Below, piece after piece: positions 31,067-39,540 of a DNA stretch of 64,000 bases. The notes beneath the pieces are model-generated. The model searched no databases and had not been told where the DNA came from. It saw nothing but the letters and a program-made list of their open reading frames with translations. The position numbers and the translations under genes were made by a program. Origin of the DNA: Candidatus Puniceispirillaceae bacterium (lineage in GTDB: Bacteria; Pseudomonadota; Alphaproteobacteria; Puniceispirillales; Puniceispirillaceae); assembly GCA_965657415.1 (NCBI GenBank), contig CBFHNZ010000003.1, forward strand, positions 7,621-71,620, given 5' to 3'. The stretch's first letter is position 1; every line of letters starts with the position of its first letter.

Positions 31067-33175
31067 ATGCAACTGGCGACCATGCCACTTGACCGTGTGC
31101 CGGTCGTCTCACTTGATCTTGAGACGACGGGACTACGCGCGCGCGCGGACCGGATTGTCCAGATTGGCGCCATCCAGTCGCAGGATGAGCTGGCGCGCTT
31201 CACCGCCCTTGTCCGGCCAGGCATCCCGATTCCGGCCGCCAGCACCCGCATCCATGGCATCACGGATGAGATGGTGGCAGGCGCGGAGGAACTGCCGCTG
31301 GTGATGCCGCGGCTGCGGGCGCATGTCGCTGATTGCCTGATCCTAGGCTACAATATCGGGTTCGATCTGGCGGTTCTTGACGCCGAGGCGGCGCGTCACG
31401 GGCTCGATTGGGGCTGGAACGCGGCGCTCTGCCTGCGCCAGCTTGCAACCTGCCTTCTCGGTCAGGAGACGATGATGATGCTTGGCGATCTCGAGGCCGT
31501 GGCAGCGCATTATCAGGTGCCGGTGGTCGATCGTCACACCGCGCTCGGCGACGCGGCGATCACGCTGGGGGTCTACCACCGGATGCTGCCGGCGCTGGCG
31601 GCACGGGGAATTGTCACGCTTGGCGATGCCTGGCGCGAGGTGGCGAAGCTGGATGCATTGCGGCAGGCGAATGTGAGCGCCGGGTGGGTTGATGTCGCGG
31701 CGGCGCATATCGCGCCGCAGGATCATGCCTCGTTGGCGCGGATCGACCCTTATCCCTATCAGCATCGGATTGCCGAATTGATGCTTGGCGACCCGCTGAT
31801 CATGCCGGCCGATGCCACGCTTGCCGAGGCCGCGGCAGCGATGAACGAAGCCTCGTCCGACTGTGTCTTTGTCGGTGATGATGCCGCCAGCATTGTCGGC
31901 ATCGTGTCCGAGCGGGACATCGTGCGGCAGGTCCGCATCCCGGTCACCTCGCCGACGCGGGTGCGCGACATGAAGCTGACAGCCATCATGGCCAGCCCGG
32001 TGATCACCGTCAGCGGGGATGATTTCATGCATGTCGCGCTTGGCCGGATGAGCCGGTATGACATCCGCCATATCGGCGTTCTTGACGATGCCGGCACGCT
32101 GGTCGGCTGGGTGTCATCGCGCGAGCTTGTCCGCCAGCGGGTGACAGCGGCGCTGGTCATCGGTGATCGGCTGGCCACCGCCGAAGGGGCCGATGATCTT
32201 GCCGCCGGTCTTCGCATGTTGCCGACGCTGGCGGCCTCGCTGACCCGCGAAGGCGTGCCGGGGCAGGATATTGCGGCGGTCATCAGCGGCCAGTATCGGG
32301 CCGCGCTGCGCGAGGCGGTGCGGCTTGCCGAGGCGATGATGTGTGAGGATGGGCGGGGCGACCCGCCGGTCGACTATGCGATGCTGATGCTTGGCTCGGC
32401 GGCGCGCGGCGAGAGCCTTCTGGCGGCAGACCAGGACCATGCCATCCTGTTTGCCGATTCCGAGGATGACGAGGCCAACCGCGCCTGGTTCATGGAGCTT
32501 GGCGGCCATGTTGCCGATATTCTGGATGCCGCCGGCATTCCCTATTGCAGCGGCGATGTGATGTCGCGTAACGCGAACTGGTGCCGGTCACTTGCCGGGT
32601 GGCGACTGACGATCAGTGACTGGGTCCGACGCGCCAGGCCGCGCGACCTGATGAATGTCGATATCTTTTTCGACTTCCTGCTGGTGCATGGCAATGCGGC
32701 GCTGGCGGACCAGCTTCAGGCGGCGATGTCGGGGCGTGCCGCACGGCGTGGCGAATTCCTCAAACAGCTGGCGCATAATGTGAGCAACCACAGTGGTGGG
32801 CGTACCCTTTTTGGCGGGCTGCGAACCGAGGATGGACGTTTCAACATGAAGGCAAATTTGGGTCTGCCGTTGGTTGAAACGCTGCGTGTCCTGTCGATCT
32901 CGCGCGGGATTGAGGTGCGCTCCAGCGCCGCCCGCGCCGCCGCGCTTGTTGCGCGTGACGATATCCCGCCCGAGGTGGGGCGGCTTGGTGAGGATGTGGC
33001 GGTGCTGCTGCGCCTTGTGCTGCGCCAGCAAATTGCCGATATCGCCGCCGGCAGGCCGCCCGGCGTCAAGGTCGATCTGAAAGCGCTGTCCGCCGCCGAG
33101 ACCAGCCTTGTCAAATCCATCGCCGGCACCGTGGCGCGGCTCGATACGCTGCTGACGGATACGCTCTTTGCTTGA
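31067..33175 (+). CDS. DEDDh 3'-5' exonuclease - CBS pair - DUF294 nucleotidyltransferase fusion protein
   Basis: DLETTGL, GYNIGFD, HTALGDA (exonuclease); VGIVSERDI and IMASPVITV (CBS); LGSAARGESLLAADQDHA and GIPYCSGDVMSRN (DUF294); DIFFDF. Confidence 0.88.
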   Translation: MQLATMPLDRVPVVSLDLETTGLRARADRIVQIGAIQSQDELARFTALVRPGIPIPAASTRIHGITDEMVAGAEELPLVMPRLRAHVADCLILGYNIGFDLAVLDAEAARHGLDWGWNAALCLRQLATCLLGQETMMMLGDLEAVAAHYQVPVVDRHTALGDAAITLGVYHRMLPALAARGIVTLGDAWREVAKLDALRQANVSAGWVDVAAAHIAPQDHASLARIDPYPYQHRIAELMLGDPLIMPADATLAEAAAAMNEASSDCVFVGDDAASIVGIVSERDIVRQVRIPVTSPTRVRDMKLTAIMASPVITVSGDDFMHVALGRMSRYDIRHIGVLDDAGTLVGWVSSRELVRQRVTAALVIGDRLATAEGADDLAAGLRMLPTLAASLTREGVPGQDIAAVISGQYRAALREAVRLAEAMMCEDGRGDPPVDYAMLMLGSAARGESLLAADQDHAILFADSEDDEANRAWFMELGGHVADILDAAGIPYCSGDVMSRNANWCRSLAGWRLTISDWVRRARPRDLMNVDIFFDFLLVHGNAALADQLQAAMSGRAARRGEFLKQLAHNVSNHSGGRTLFGGLRTEDGRFNMKANLGLPLVETLRVLSISRGIEVRSSAARAAALVARDDIPPEVGRLGEDVAVLLRLVLRQQIADIAAGRPPGVKVDLKALSAAETSLVKSIAGTVARLDTLLTDTLFA

Positions 33176-33193
33176 AAAACTCTGCCGGTCCGG

Positions 33194-33994
33194 TTAGCCG
33201 GCCAAACCGCAGGTGAACAGCCTGCCGCGCCTGTCAATGCTGTCGTCAATCCCGGCAAGCCGCAAGCAATGCCAGGCAAGTGCGTGGTTTGACGAGGTGA
33301 CGGGAAGTCCGGTGCGGCGCTCGATCCCGGCGACAGCTTCGGCCAGTCTGACCGAGGTGCAGGACACGAACACGGCATCGATCTCTTGACCTGCACGGAT
33401 CCGGTCGATCGCCTGCACCAGACTGTCCTCGTCGATGGACGCGACAACAGGGTCCATCTCCTCATTGAATGATCCGAAGACCGGCACCTCATAGCCGTGG
33501 CCGGTGATATAGCGCCAGACGATTTCATTCACGTCGCGCCGATAGGGCGTCAGAACGCCGATCCGGCGGGCCCCAAGCGCATCGAAGGCGGCAAAGGCGG
33601 CGCTGATGGGGTCCGACGGTTTCGCCATCGGCTTGGCCTTGGCAAGCAGGCTGGCGATGCGGTCGCCACCAAGCACCGCCGAGGCCGAGGTGCAGCCGAA
33701 TGCCAGCACATCGAGGTCATCTCCGGGCAGGATACGCTCCGCGGTTTCGGTCAGCAGCGGCTCCATCGCCGCCAGCGTCTGCGGGGTGATCTGTGGTGAG
33801 TTGCGGATCCGCGCAGCATACAAATCAACCCCCGGGATCTTGAACAGCGCCCGGAATTCATGCTCGATCGTATAGTCGGAGGCAAGCACGACAAGCCCGA
33901 TACGCGCCCGGCTGCCGATCACCTTTGCGGTGGTGAAGGGGATGTTCTCGATCAGCGTGACGCCGTTGTCGGTGAAGCTGTCTGTCTTGTTCAT
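33194..33994 (-). CDS. Asp/Glu racemase / maleate isomerase (EutA/AMDase-like) family protein
   Basis: RIGLVVLASDYTIEHEF, FGCTSAS, LTPY, FVSCTS, VTSSNHA; two catalytic Cys. Confidence 0.85.
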   Translation of the reverse strand: MNKTDSFTDNGVTLIENIPFTTAKVIGSRARIGLVVLASDYTIEHEFRALFKIPGVDLYAARIRNSPQITPQTLAAMEPLLTETAERILPGDDLDVLAFGCTSASAVLGGDRIASLLAKAKPMAKPSDPISAAFAAFDALGARRIGVLTPYRRDVNEIVWRYITGHGYEVPVFGSFNEEMDPVVASIDEDSLVQAIDRIRAGQEIDAVFVSCTSVRLAEAVAGIERRTGLPVTSSNHALAWHCLRLAGIDDSIDRRGRLFTCGLAG

Positions 33995-34002
33995 GCGCTC
34001 GC

Positions 34003-34356
34003 CTAGCGGGCCGCGATCAGCCCGATCTCGACCGTGAAGTCCGGCGAGGCAAGCCGCGGTGACTCAACACAAGCCCGGCAGGGGGCGTTGCCACCGGGTG
34101 CCCAGGCATCCCACACAGCGTTCATTTCGGCGAAGTCATCCATGCTGCACAGCCAGATGGTGGCGGTAAGCGCCTTTGACTTGTCGGTCCCAGCCTCGGC
34201 AAGAAGCGCGTCGATCTGCGCCAGAATAACGCGCGTCTGTTCGGCGACACTTTGTCCTCGCGCGCTTTGGGCGACCTGCCCTGCCAGATAGACGGTGTCG
34301 CCATGGATCACCATCTGGCTCATCCGGTCATTGGTGTGGAATCTCTGAATGCTCAT
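34003..34356 (-). CDS. RidA family protein (YoaB-like)
   Basis: RMSQMVIHGDTVYLAGQV, MNAVWDAW...PCRACVE. Confidence 0.9.
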   Translation of the reverse strand: MSIQRFHTNDRMSQMVIHGDTVYLAGQVAQSARGQSVAEQTRVILAQIDALLAEAGTDKSKALTATIWLCSMDDFAEMNAVWDAWAPGGNAPCRACVESPRLASPDFTVEIGLIAAR

Positions 34357-34595
34357 TTCTGTCTCCTTGTTGTTCCCAAGTTAGGCACGTCAAGGGGTCG
34401 CGTCCAGTGGATCCTTGACGTGCCTGGTGCGCCGATCCCCATGGTCAATTCCGGGGTCGTGTCCCGTCGACCTCATCGCCTGCGTCGTCGCGATTGTCGT
34501 CGAGCCGCAGCGCCAGCGCGACGGCAAAGGTCACGGCAAGACGCTGGATATCGGTCATCAGCCAGGCTGGGATGACAGTGTGACGGATCGCCATA

Positions 34596-35333
34596 TCAGT
34601 CAGGCTCGGCATCGGCTGTCAGGCTGAGAAGCGACAGACGTGCCGCCAGCGCGGTGTCCAGATGGCGCTGCATGGCGGCAGCGGCCTCCTGTGCATTGCC
34701 GGCCTGGATGGCGGTGTTGATGGCGTCATGTTCGCGGCGAATGGCGGCAATCCGCGCTGGCAGTGAATAGGCTGTCGCGCCAAGCAACACCATCAACCGG
34801 GAGAGCCGTTGCAGACTTTCACCAAGAAAGCGGTTGCCTGCCGCCTGCAGGATGGCGTTGTGGAACTGCCTGTTGTGGCGCGCCAGCTGATCCGGGTTTG
34901 CCTTGCCGGTCACCAGCGCCGCCTCGGCATTGCAGATATCGGCAATGACCCGGCGTTCGGCATCACCGGCATGCTGCGCTGCCAGTCTGGCGGCCATCGA
35001 TTCCAGCGTGCCGCGAAGCTCATAGAGGCTGCGGACATCACGCCAGTCGAGCCGGCGCACGCGTAACCCGTCTTCGTCATGTTCAAGAACACCCTCGGCG
35101 CGCAGACCTGCCAGCGCTTCGCGAAGCGGGGTGCGGCTGACCGACAGCGCCTCGACAAGCTCAACCTCTTTTAGCCGCGCGCCAGGCGCCAGCGCGCCTG
35201 ACTGGATGGCGGCCAGCATCAGCCGGCGAAGCCGTGTCGGCGCGGCACCCGGCAGATCCGCCTGCAAGGCCAGATTGTCGGCGATTCCCTGCCAGTCGAT
35301 GCCGTCAGGGTTCTTGACTTCCATGCGTTCCAT
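34596..35333 (-). CDS. GntR/FadR-family (FCD) regulator of tcuAB
   Basis: LAPGARL.E..L...LSVSRTPLREAL; HNRQFH...AGN; EHDAI...MQRH; divergent from tcuA. Confidence 0.9.
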   Translation of the reverse strand: MERMEVKNPDGIDWQGIADNLALQADLPGAAPTRLRRLMLAAIQSGALAPGARLKEVELVEALSVSRTPLREALAGLRAEGVLEHDEDGLRVRRLDWRDVRSLYELRGTLESMAARLAAQHAGDAERRVIADICNAEAALVTGKANPDQLARHNRQFHNAILQAAGNRFLGESLQRLSRLMVLLGATAYSLPARIAAIRREHDAINTAIQAGNAQEAAAAMQRHLDTALAARLSLLSLTADAEPD

Positions 35334-35341
35334 CCCGTATC

Positions 35342-35359
35342 TGTATACATATGTATACA
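35342..35359. promoter_or_regulatory. Perfect 18-bp palindrome TGTATACATATGTATACA (two TGTATACA boxes), probable GntR operator
   Basis: Exact self-complement between divergent gntR and tcuA. Confidence 0.75.
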
Positions 35360-36766
35360 AAGCTCGACAATGATCTTTTCCAATTATGGGACGTGCTGGT
35401 GATTGGCGCTGGCAATGCCGGGCTGTGCGCTGCCATTACCGCCGCTGAAGCCGGGTGCAGCGTGCTTGTCATCGAGGTTGCCGGTCGTGACATGCGCGGC
35501 GGCAATACCCGTCATACGCGCAATCTGCGGGCGATGCATGACGCGCCGACAGATGTGCTGACAGATGCCTATAGCTTCGAGGAATATTACGACGATCTGA
35601 TGCGTGTCACCCGTGGCATCACCAATGAATCGCTGGCCAGCCTGACATTGGAGAAATCGGCAGAGCTGACCTCCTGGCTCGGTGCCCGCGGCGTGCGCTT
35701 TCAGCCGGCGCTGTCCGGAACGCTCAATCTCGGGCGCACCAACGCCTTCTTTCTCGGCGGGGGCCGGGCATTGCTGAACAGCCTGTGCCGTCACGCCGAG
35801 GGGCTTGGCGTCAGCTTTCTTTATGAGACGGAAGTGACAAGGCTGCGGATGGATGATGGCTATTGTGACGGCGTCACGCTGGCCGATGGGCGGGATCTGC
35901 AGGCCAAGAAGGTGATCACCACCGCCGGCGGGTTCGAGGCCAATCTTGACTGGCTTGCCGAAGGATGGGGCGAGTCGGCGCGAAACTTTCTGGTGCGCGG
36001 AACGCCACACAATACCGGCACTGTGCTGCGAAGCCTGCTTGACCATGGCGCGCGGCCGGTTGGCGCGCTTGACCAGTGCCATGCGGTTGCCATCGATGCG
36101 CGCGCGCCGAAATTCGATGGCGGTATTGCCAGCCGCATCGATGGTGTGCCGTTCGGCATCGTCCTCAACCGTGATGCCGTGCGATTCTATGATGAGGGCG
36201 AGGATTTCTGGCCGAAACGCTATGCCATCTGGGGCCGGCTTGTCGCCGCGCAGCCGGACCAGATCGCCTATGCCATCCTTGATTCGGTCGGTGTGGCCCG
36301 CTTCATGCCGTCGGTCTTCACGCCGATCCGCGATGACAGCATCGAGGGGCTTGCCGACCAGCTTGGTCTGGATGCGTCCGCGACGCGCAACGCGGTGGAT
36401 GACTTCAATGCCGCCTGCCCCAACGGGCCGATCGACCAGTCGATCCTTGATGGCTGTGCCACCAGCGGCCTGTCGCCCGAGAAAACCAATTGGGCCGCCC
36501 CGATCGCTGTGCCGCCCTTCTATGGCTTTCCGCTCCGTCCCGGGATCACCTTCACCTATATGGGGGTCGAGGTGAATGAATCAGCGCAGATATTGATGCA
36601 GGATGGCCGACCCTCGGCGAACCTGTTTGCCGCCGGCGAGATCATGGCCGGTAATATTCTGGGGCAGGGTTATCTTGCCGGCATCGGCATGACCATCGGT
36701 GCCGTTTTCGGGCGTATTGCCGGCGGCGCGGCGGCGCGCCAGCTGAACCGCAGCCGAGACCTATGA
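35351..36766 (+). CDS. tcuA: FAD-dependent tricarballylate dehydrogenase
   Basis: IGAGNAGLCAA, RGGNTRHTRNLR, GTLNLGRTNAFFLGGG, DEGEDFWPKRYAIWG, GEIMAGNILGQGYLAG; start uncertain. Confidence 0.88.
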   Translation: MYTKLDNDLFQLWDVLVIGAGNAGLCAAITAAEAGCSVLVIEVAGRDMRGGNTRHTRNLRAMHDAPTDVLTDAYSFEEYYDDLMRVTRGITNESLASLTLEKSAELTSWLGARGVRFQPALSGTLNLGRTNAFFLGGGRALLNSLCRHAEGLGVSFLYETEVTRLRMDDGYCDGVTLADGRDLQAKKVITTAGGFEANLDWLAEGWGESARNFLVRGTPHNTGTVLRSLLDHGARPVGALDQCHAVAIDARAPKFDGGIASRIDGVPFGIVLNRDAVRFYDEGEDFWPKRYAIWGRLVAAQPDQIAYAILDSVGVARFMPSVFTPIRDDSIEGLADQLGLDASATRNAVDDFNAACPNGPIDQSILDGCATSGLSPEKTNWAAPIAVPPFYGFPLRPGITFTYMGVEVNESAQILMQDGRPSANLFAAGEIMAGNILGQGYLAGIGMTIGAVFGRIAGGAAARQLNRSRDL

Positions 36767-36782
36767 ACGAGGACCGCCACGC

Positions 36783-37919
36783 ATGGATGATCTGAACCTC
36801 GCCCGTATTGCCAGCACCCAATCGCATGAGGAAACCGCGCGGATCATGCAGATCTGCAATGCCTGTCGCTATTGCGAGGGGTTCTGCGCGGTGTTTCCGG
36901 CGATGGAAAGACGGCGGCTGTTCGATGTCGGTGATACCGCCTTTCTGGCCAATCTCTGTCATCATTGCGGTGCCTGCTATCATGCCTGCCAATATGCACC
37001 GCCGCATGAATTCGCCGTCAATGTGCCGCAAACCCTTGCCGAGCGCCGCGCCGCAAGCTGGCGGGAATTTGCCTGGCCCGCGCCGCTTGCCGGCCTGTTC
37101 GACCGCAATGGCCTTGTCGTGGCAATGACGGCGACAATAGGTCTGGCGCTGGCCGTCGGTCTGATGCTGGCGATGATCGCGCCGCATCTGTTCTGGGGCG
37201 TGCATCTTGGCGAGGGAGCCTTCTATGTGCTGATGCCACACACCGTGATGGCCGGCATTCCGATGGTGATTTCCGGCTTTGTCATCCTGTCATTCATCAT
37301 CGGTTGGCGGCGCTACTGGCACGCCACCGGCGCGCGCTGGGGCGGGATGCCGGCGCTGGCAGATGCCTTTCGGGCCACCGCCACACTGCGCAATCTTGGC
37401 GGTGACAACAGCGGCAAGGGCGGTGGATGCCCCGGTGCCGATGACCGCAACAGTCTGGCCCGCCGCCATTATCATCACCTGACCTTCTATGGCTTCATGC
37501 TCTGCTTTGCCTCGACAAGCACCGGCACGCTCTATCACTACCTGTTGGGGCGCGAAGCCCCTTACGGCTATTTTGAGCTTCCGGTGATCCTCGGTACCGT
37601 GGGCGGTGTGATGCTGTGCGTTGGCACGGCGGGGCTGTGGCGCGAGAAGCGGCGGATGGAGCCCGCGGTTCGATCATTGGCGCGTCTCGGGATGGATTAT
37701 GCCTTCATCTGGCTGCTGTTCTGGGTCAGCGCCACCGGCCTTATCCTGCTGGCGGTGCGCGAGACAGGGTATATGGGGCTGGCGCTGGCGGTGCATCTTG
37801 GCGTTGTCTACGCCTTCTTCCTGGTGCTGCCCTTCTCAAAATTCGTCCACGCCATCTACCGGTTTGCCGCCCTGCTGGCAGATGCTGGCGAGTCACGTCC
37901 ACGCCATCAGAAGTCCTGA
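36783..37919 (+). CDS. tcuB: Tricarballylate utilisation 4Fe-4S membrane protein
   Basis: CNACRYCEGFCAVFPA, CHHCGACYHACQYAPPHEF, HHLTFYGF, PFSKFVH. Confidence 0.9.
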   Translation: MDDLNLARIASTQSHEETARIMQICNACRYCEGFCAVFPAMERRRLFDVGDTAFLANLCHHCGACYHACQYAPPHEFAVNVPQTLAERRAASWREFAWPAPLAGLFDRNGLVVAMTATIGLALAVGLMLAMIAPHLFWGVHLGEGAFYVLMPHTVMAGIPMVISGFVILSFIIGWRRYWHATGARWGGMPALADAFRATATLRNLGGDNSGKGGGCPGADDRNSLARRHYHHLTFYGFMLCFASTSTGTLYHYLLGREAPYGYFELPVILGTVGGVMLCVGTAGLWREKRRMEPAVRSLARLGMDYAFIWLLFWVSATGLILLAVRETGYMGLALAVHLGVVYAFFLVLPFSKFVHAIYRFAALLADAGESRPRHQKS

Positions 37920-39463
37920 TTTAGCGCGTCCATCGCGGGTATCTCGGTCTCGCGGCGGGCGATATAGTCGCGGAGCGCCTCATCAATCCCCGGGTCGAGC
38001 GGCGGTGCCTCATAGGATTGCAGCAGTGATTTTGCCGTCTGCAGGGCGCGTGCGGTCACATCCTGCGAGCCCTCGGCCACCCATTGTTCATAGGAATTAT
38101 TGTCGAACATTTTCGGCATGAAGAAAGCCTGCTGAAACTTCTCCTGCGTGTGTGGATGACCCAGATAATGCCCGCCCGGCCCGATATCGCGCACCGCTGC
38201 CAGCGCCTCGTCGAAATCATCCCAGTTCAGCCCTTCTGCCATGCGGTAGCCCATCGCGCATTGTTCGGCATCGACGATAAATTTGGCCATCGAGCAATGC
38301 ATGCCGGCCTCATTCCAGCCAGCCGAATGCCAGATGTAATTGGCACCTGACAGCAACACCGCCATCAGTGTTGTCGCCGATTCATAACCTGCCTGCGCAT
38401 CCAGCGTCTTCGCCCCGCCAAGCGTGTTCGAGGTCCGCCAGGGAATGCCGTAATGGCGCGCCATCTGGCCAATCATGAAATTCATCAGGCTTATTTCCGG
38501 CGTGCCGGCCATTGGTGCCCCTGACTGCATCGAAACGGTTGACAGGTAATGGCCATAAATGGCCGGGCATCCGGGGCGGATCAGCTGTGTATAGGCAAGC
38601 GCCGACAGTGCTTCGGCGTTCAGCTGCGCCACAGTCGGCACGGTTGAGGCTGGCGTGTTCGCGCCGCCAAGCACGAAGGGCGAACAGAGAACAGGCTGGT
38701 TCCGGCGGTTGAAGGCCCGCATGGCCGACAGCATGGTTTCATCCCACACCAGCGGCGAATTGCCGTTGCAGTTGCCAACCACCACCGGGTGGGCTTCAAG
38801 AAAATCCGCGCCAAACAGGATCGCAGCCATCTCCAGAACATCCTCGGCATTGCGGCCCGAAGTTGTCATGCCCATGAAGGTCTTGTCCGAATGCAGGATC
38901 GAGGAATGGGTGATTCGCAGATGCCGGTGTGAAATCGGATGATCCATCGGCTCGACGATATGATGCGCCGAGGAATGCATCGCCGGCAGCATATGCGACA
39001 GCTTGTGGAAGGTCGCCAGATCCTCCAGCGTCGGTGACCGCCGTACATCTTCAAGGTCACGAAGATAGGGGGCGCCTGTCATCGGCACGAAGATCGACTG
39101 CCGACCGCCAAGCGTCACGTTTTTGTCAGGGTTGCGGGCATGAAGGGTGATTGTCGACGGAATCGTGCTGATCAGCGATTTCACCAGCGTCCGGTCAAGA
39201 TGCACCCGCTCGCCGCGCACATCGGCCCCGGCACGCCGCCAGTCCTCCAGCGCGATATCGTCCCGGAACACCACCCCGACATCTTCCAGAATATCCAGCG
39301 AGGCGCGGTCGATGCGCTCAATCTGCTCGGCATTCATCGGCTCTGTCAGCGGCAACCTGCCGGTCAGATGTGGCAGCATCGCGTGGTCGGGCCGCATGCG
39401 AAGGTCGCGCCTTTCGCGTCTGCCGCCACGGCGGCGTTGGTCCTGTTGGGCTGCGTCCGTCAT
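37907..39463 (-). CDS. Trimethylamine methyltransferase family protein (non-pyrrolysine MttB/MtgB-like)
   Basis: NGNSPLVWD, SMQSGAPMAGTPE, MARHYGIPWR, DAQAGYE, IGPGGHYLG; no in-frame amber codon. Confidence 0.88.
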   Translation of the reverse strand: MTDAAQQDQRRRGGRRERRDLRMRPDHAMLPHLTGRLPLTEPMNAEQIERIDRASLDILEDVGVVFRDDIALEDWRRAGADVRGERVHLDRTLVKSLISTIPSTITLHARNPDKNVTLGGRQSIFVPMTGAPYLRDLEDVRRSPTLEDLATFHKLSHMLPAMHSSAHHIVEPMDHPISHRHLRITHSSILHSDKTFMGMTTSGRNAEDVLEMAAILFGADFLEAHPVVVGNCNGNSPLVWDETMLSAMRAFNRRNQPVLCSPFVLGGANTPASTVPTVAQLNAEALSALAYTQLIRPGCPAIYGHYLSTVSMQSGAPMAGTPEISLMNFMIGQMARHYGIPWRTSNTLGGAKTLDAQAGYESATTLMAVLLSGANYIWHSAGWNEAGMHCSMAKFIVDAEQCAMGYRMAEGLNWDDFDEALAAVRDIGPGGHYLGHPHTQEKFQQAFFMPKMFDNNSYEQWVAEGSQDVTARALQTAKSLLQSYEAPPLDPGIDEALRDYIARRETEIPAMDALNQDF

Positions 39464-39540
39464 GAATTTACTTTCTGTCCCGGTCACAGACCACTAGAAC
39501 AGAGTTTACAAGCCATACACAAGTGGGCGGGAGACCGGAA

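Noticed and set aside
31067-33175. DNA polymerase III epsilon (dnaQ) or CBASS-type defence cyclase
   Set aside because: Exonuclease is fused to CBS-DUF294; the NTase motif is GlnD-like and no effector or defence genes are adjacent
35351-37919. cobZ (cobalamin precorrin-3B synthase)
   Set aside because: Rhodobacter CobZ is a single fused protein in cob context; here two genes with their own regulator and no cob genes fit tcuAB better
37907-39463. Pyrrolysine-containing MttB
   Set aside because: No in-frame TAG and no pyl genes
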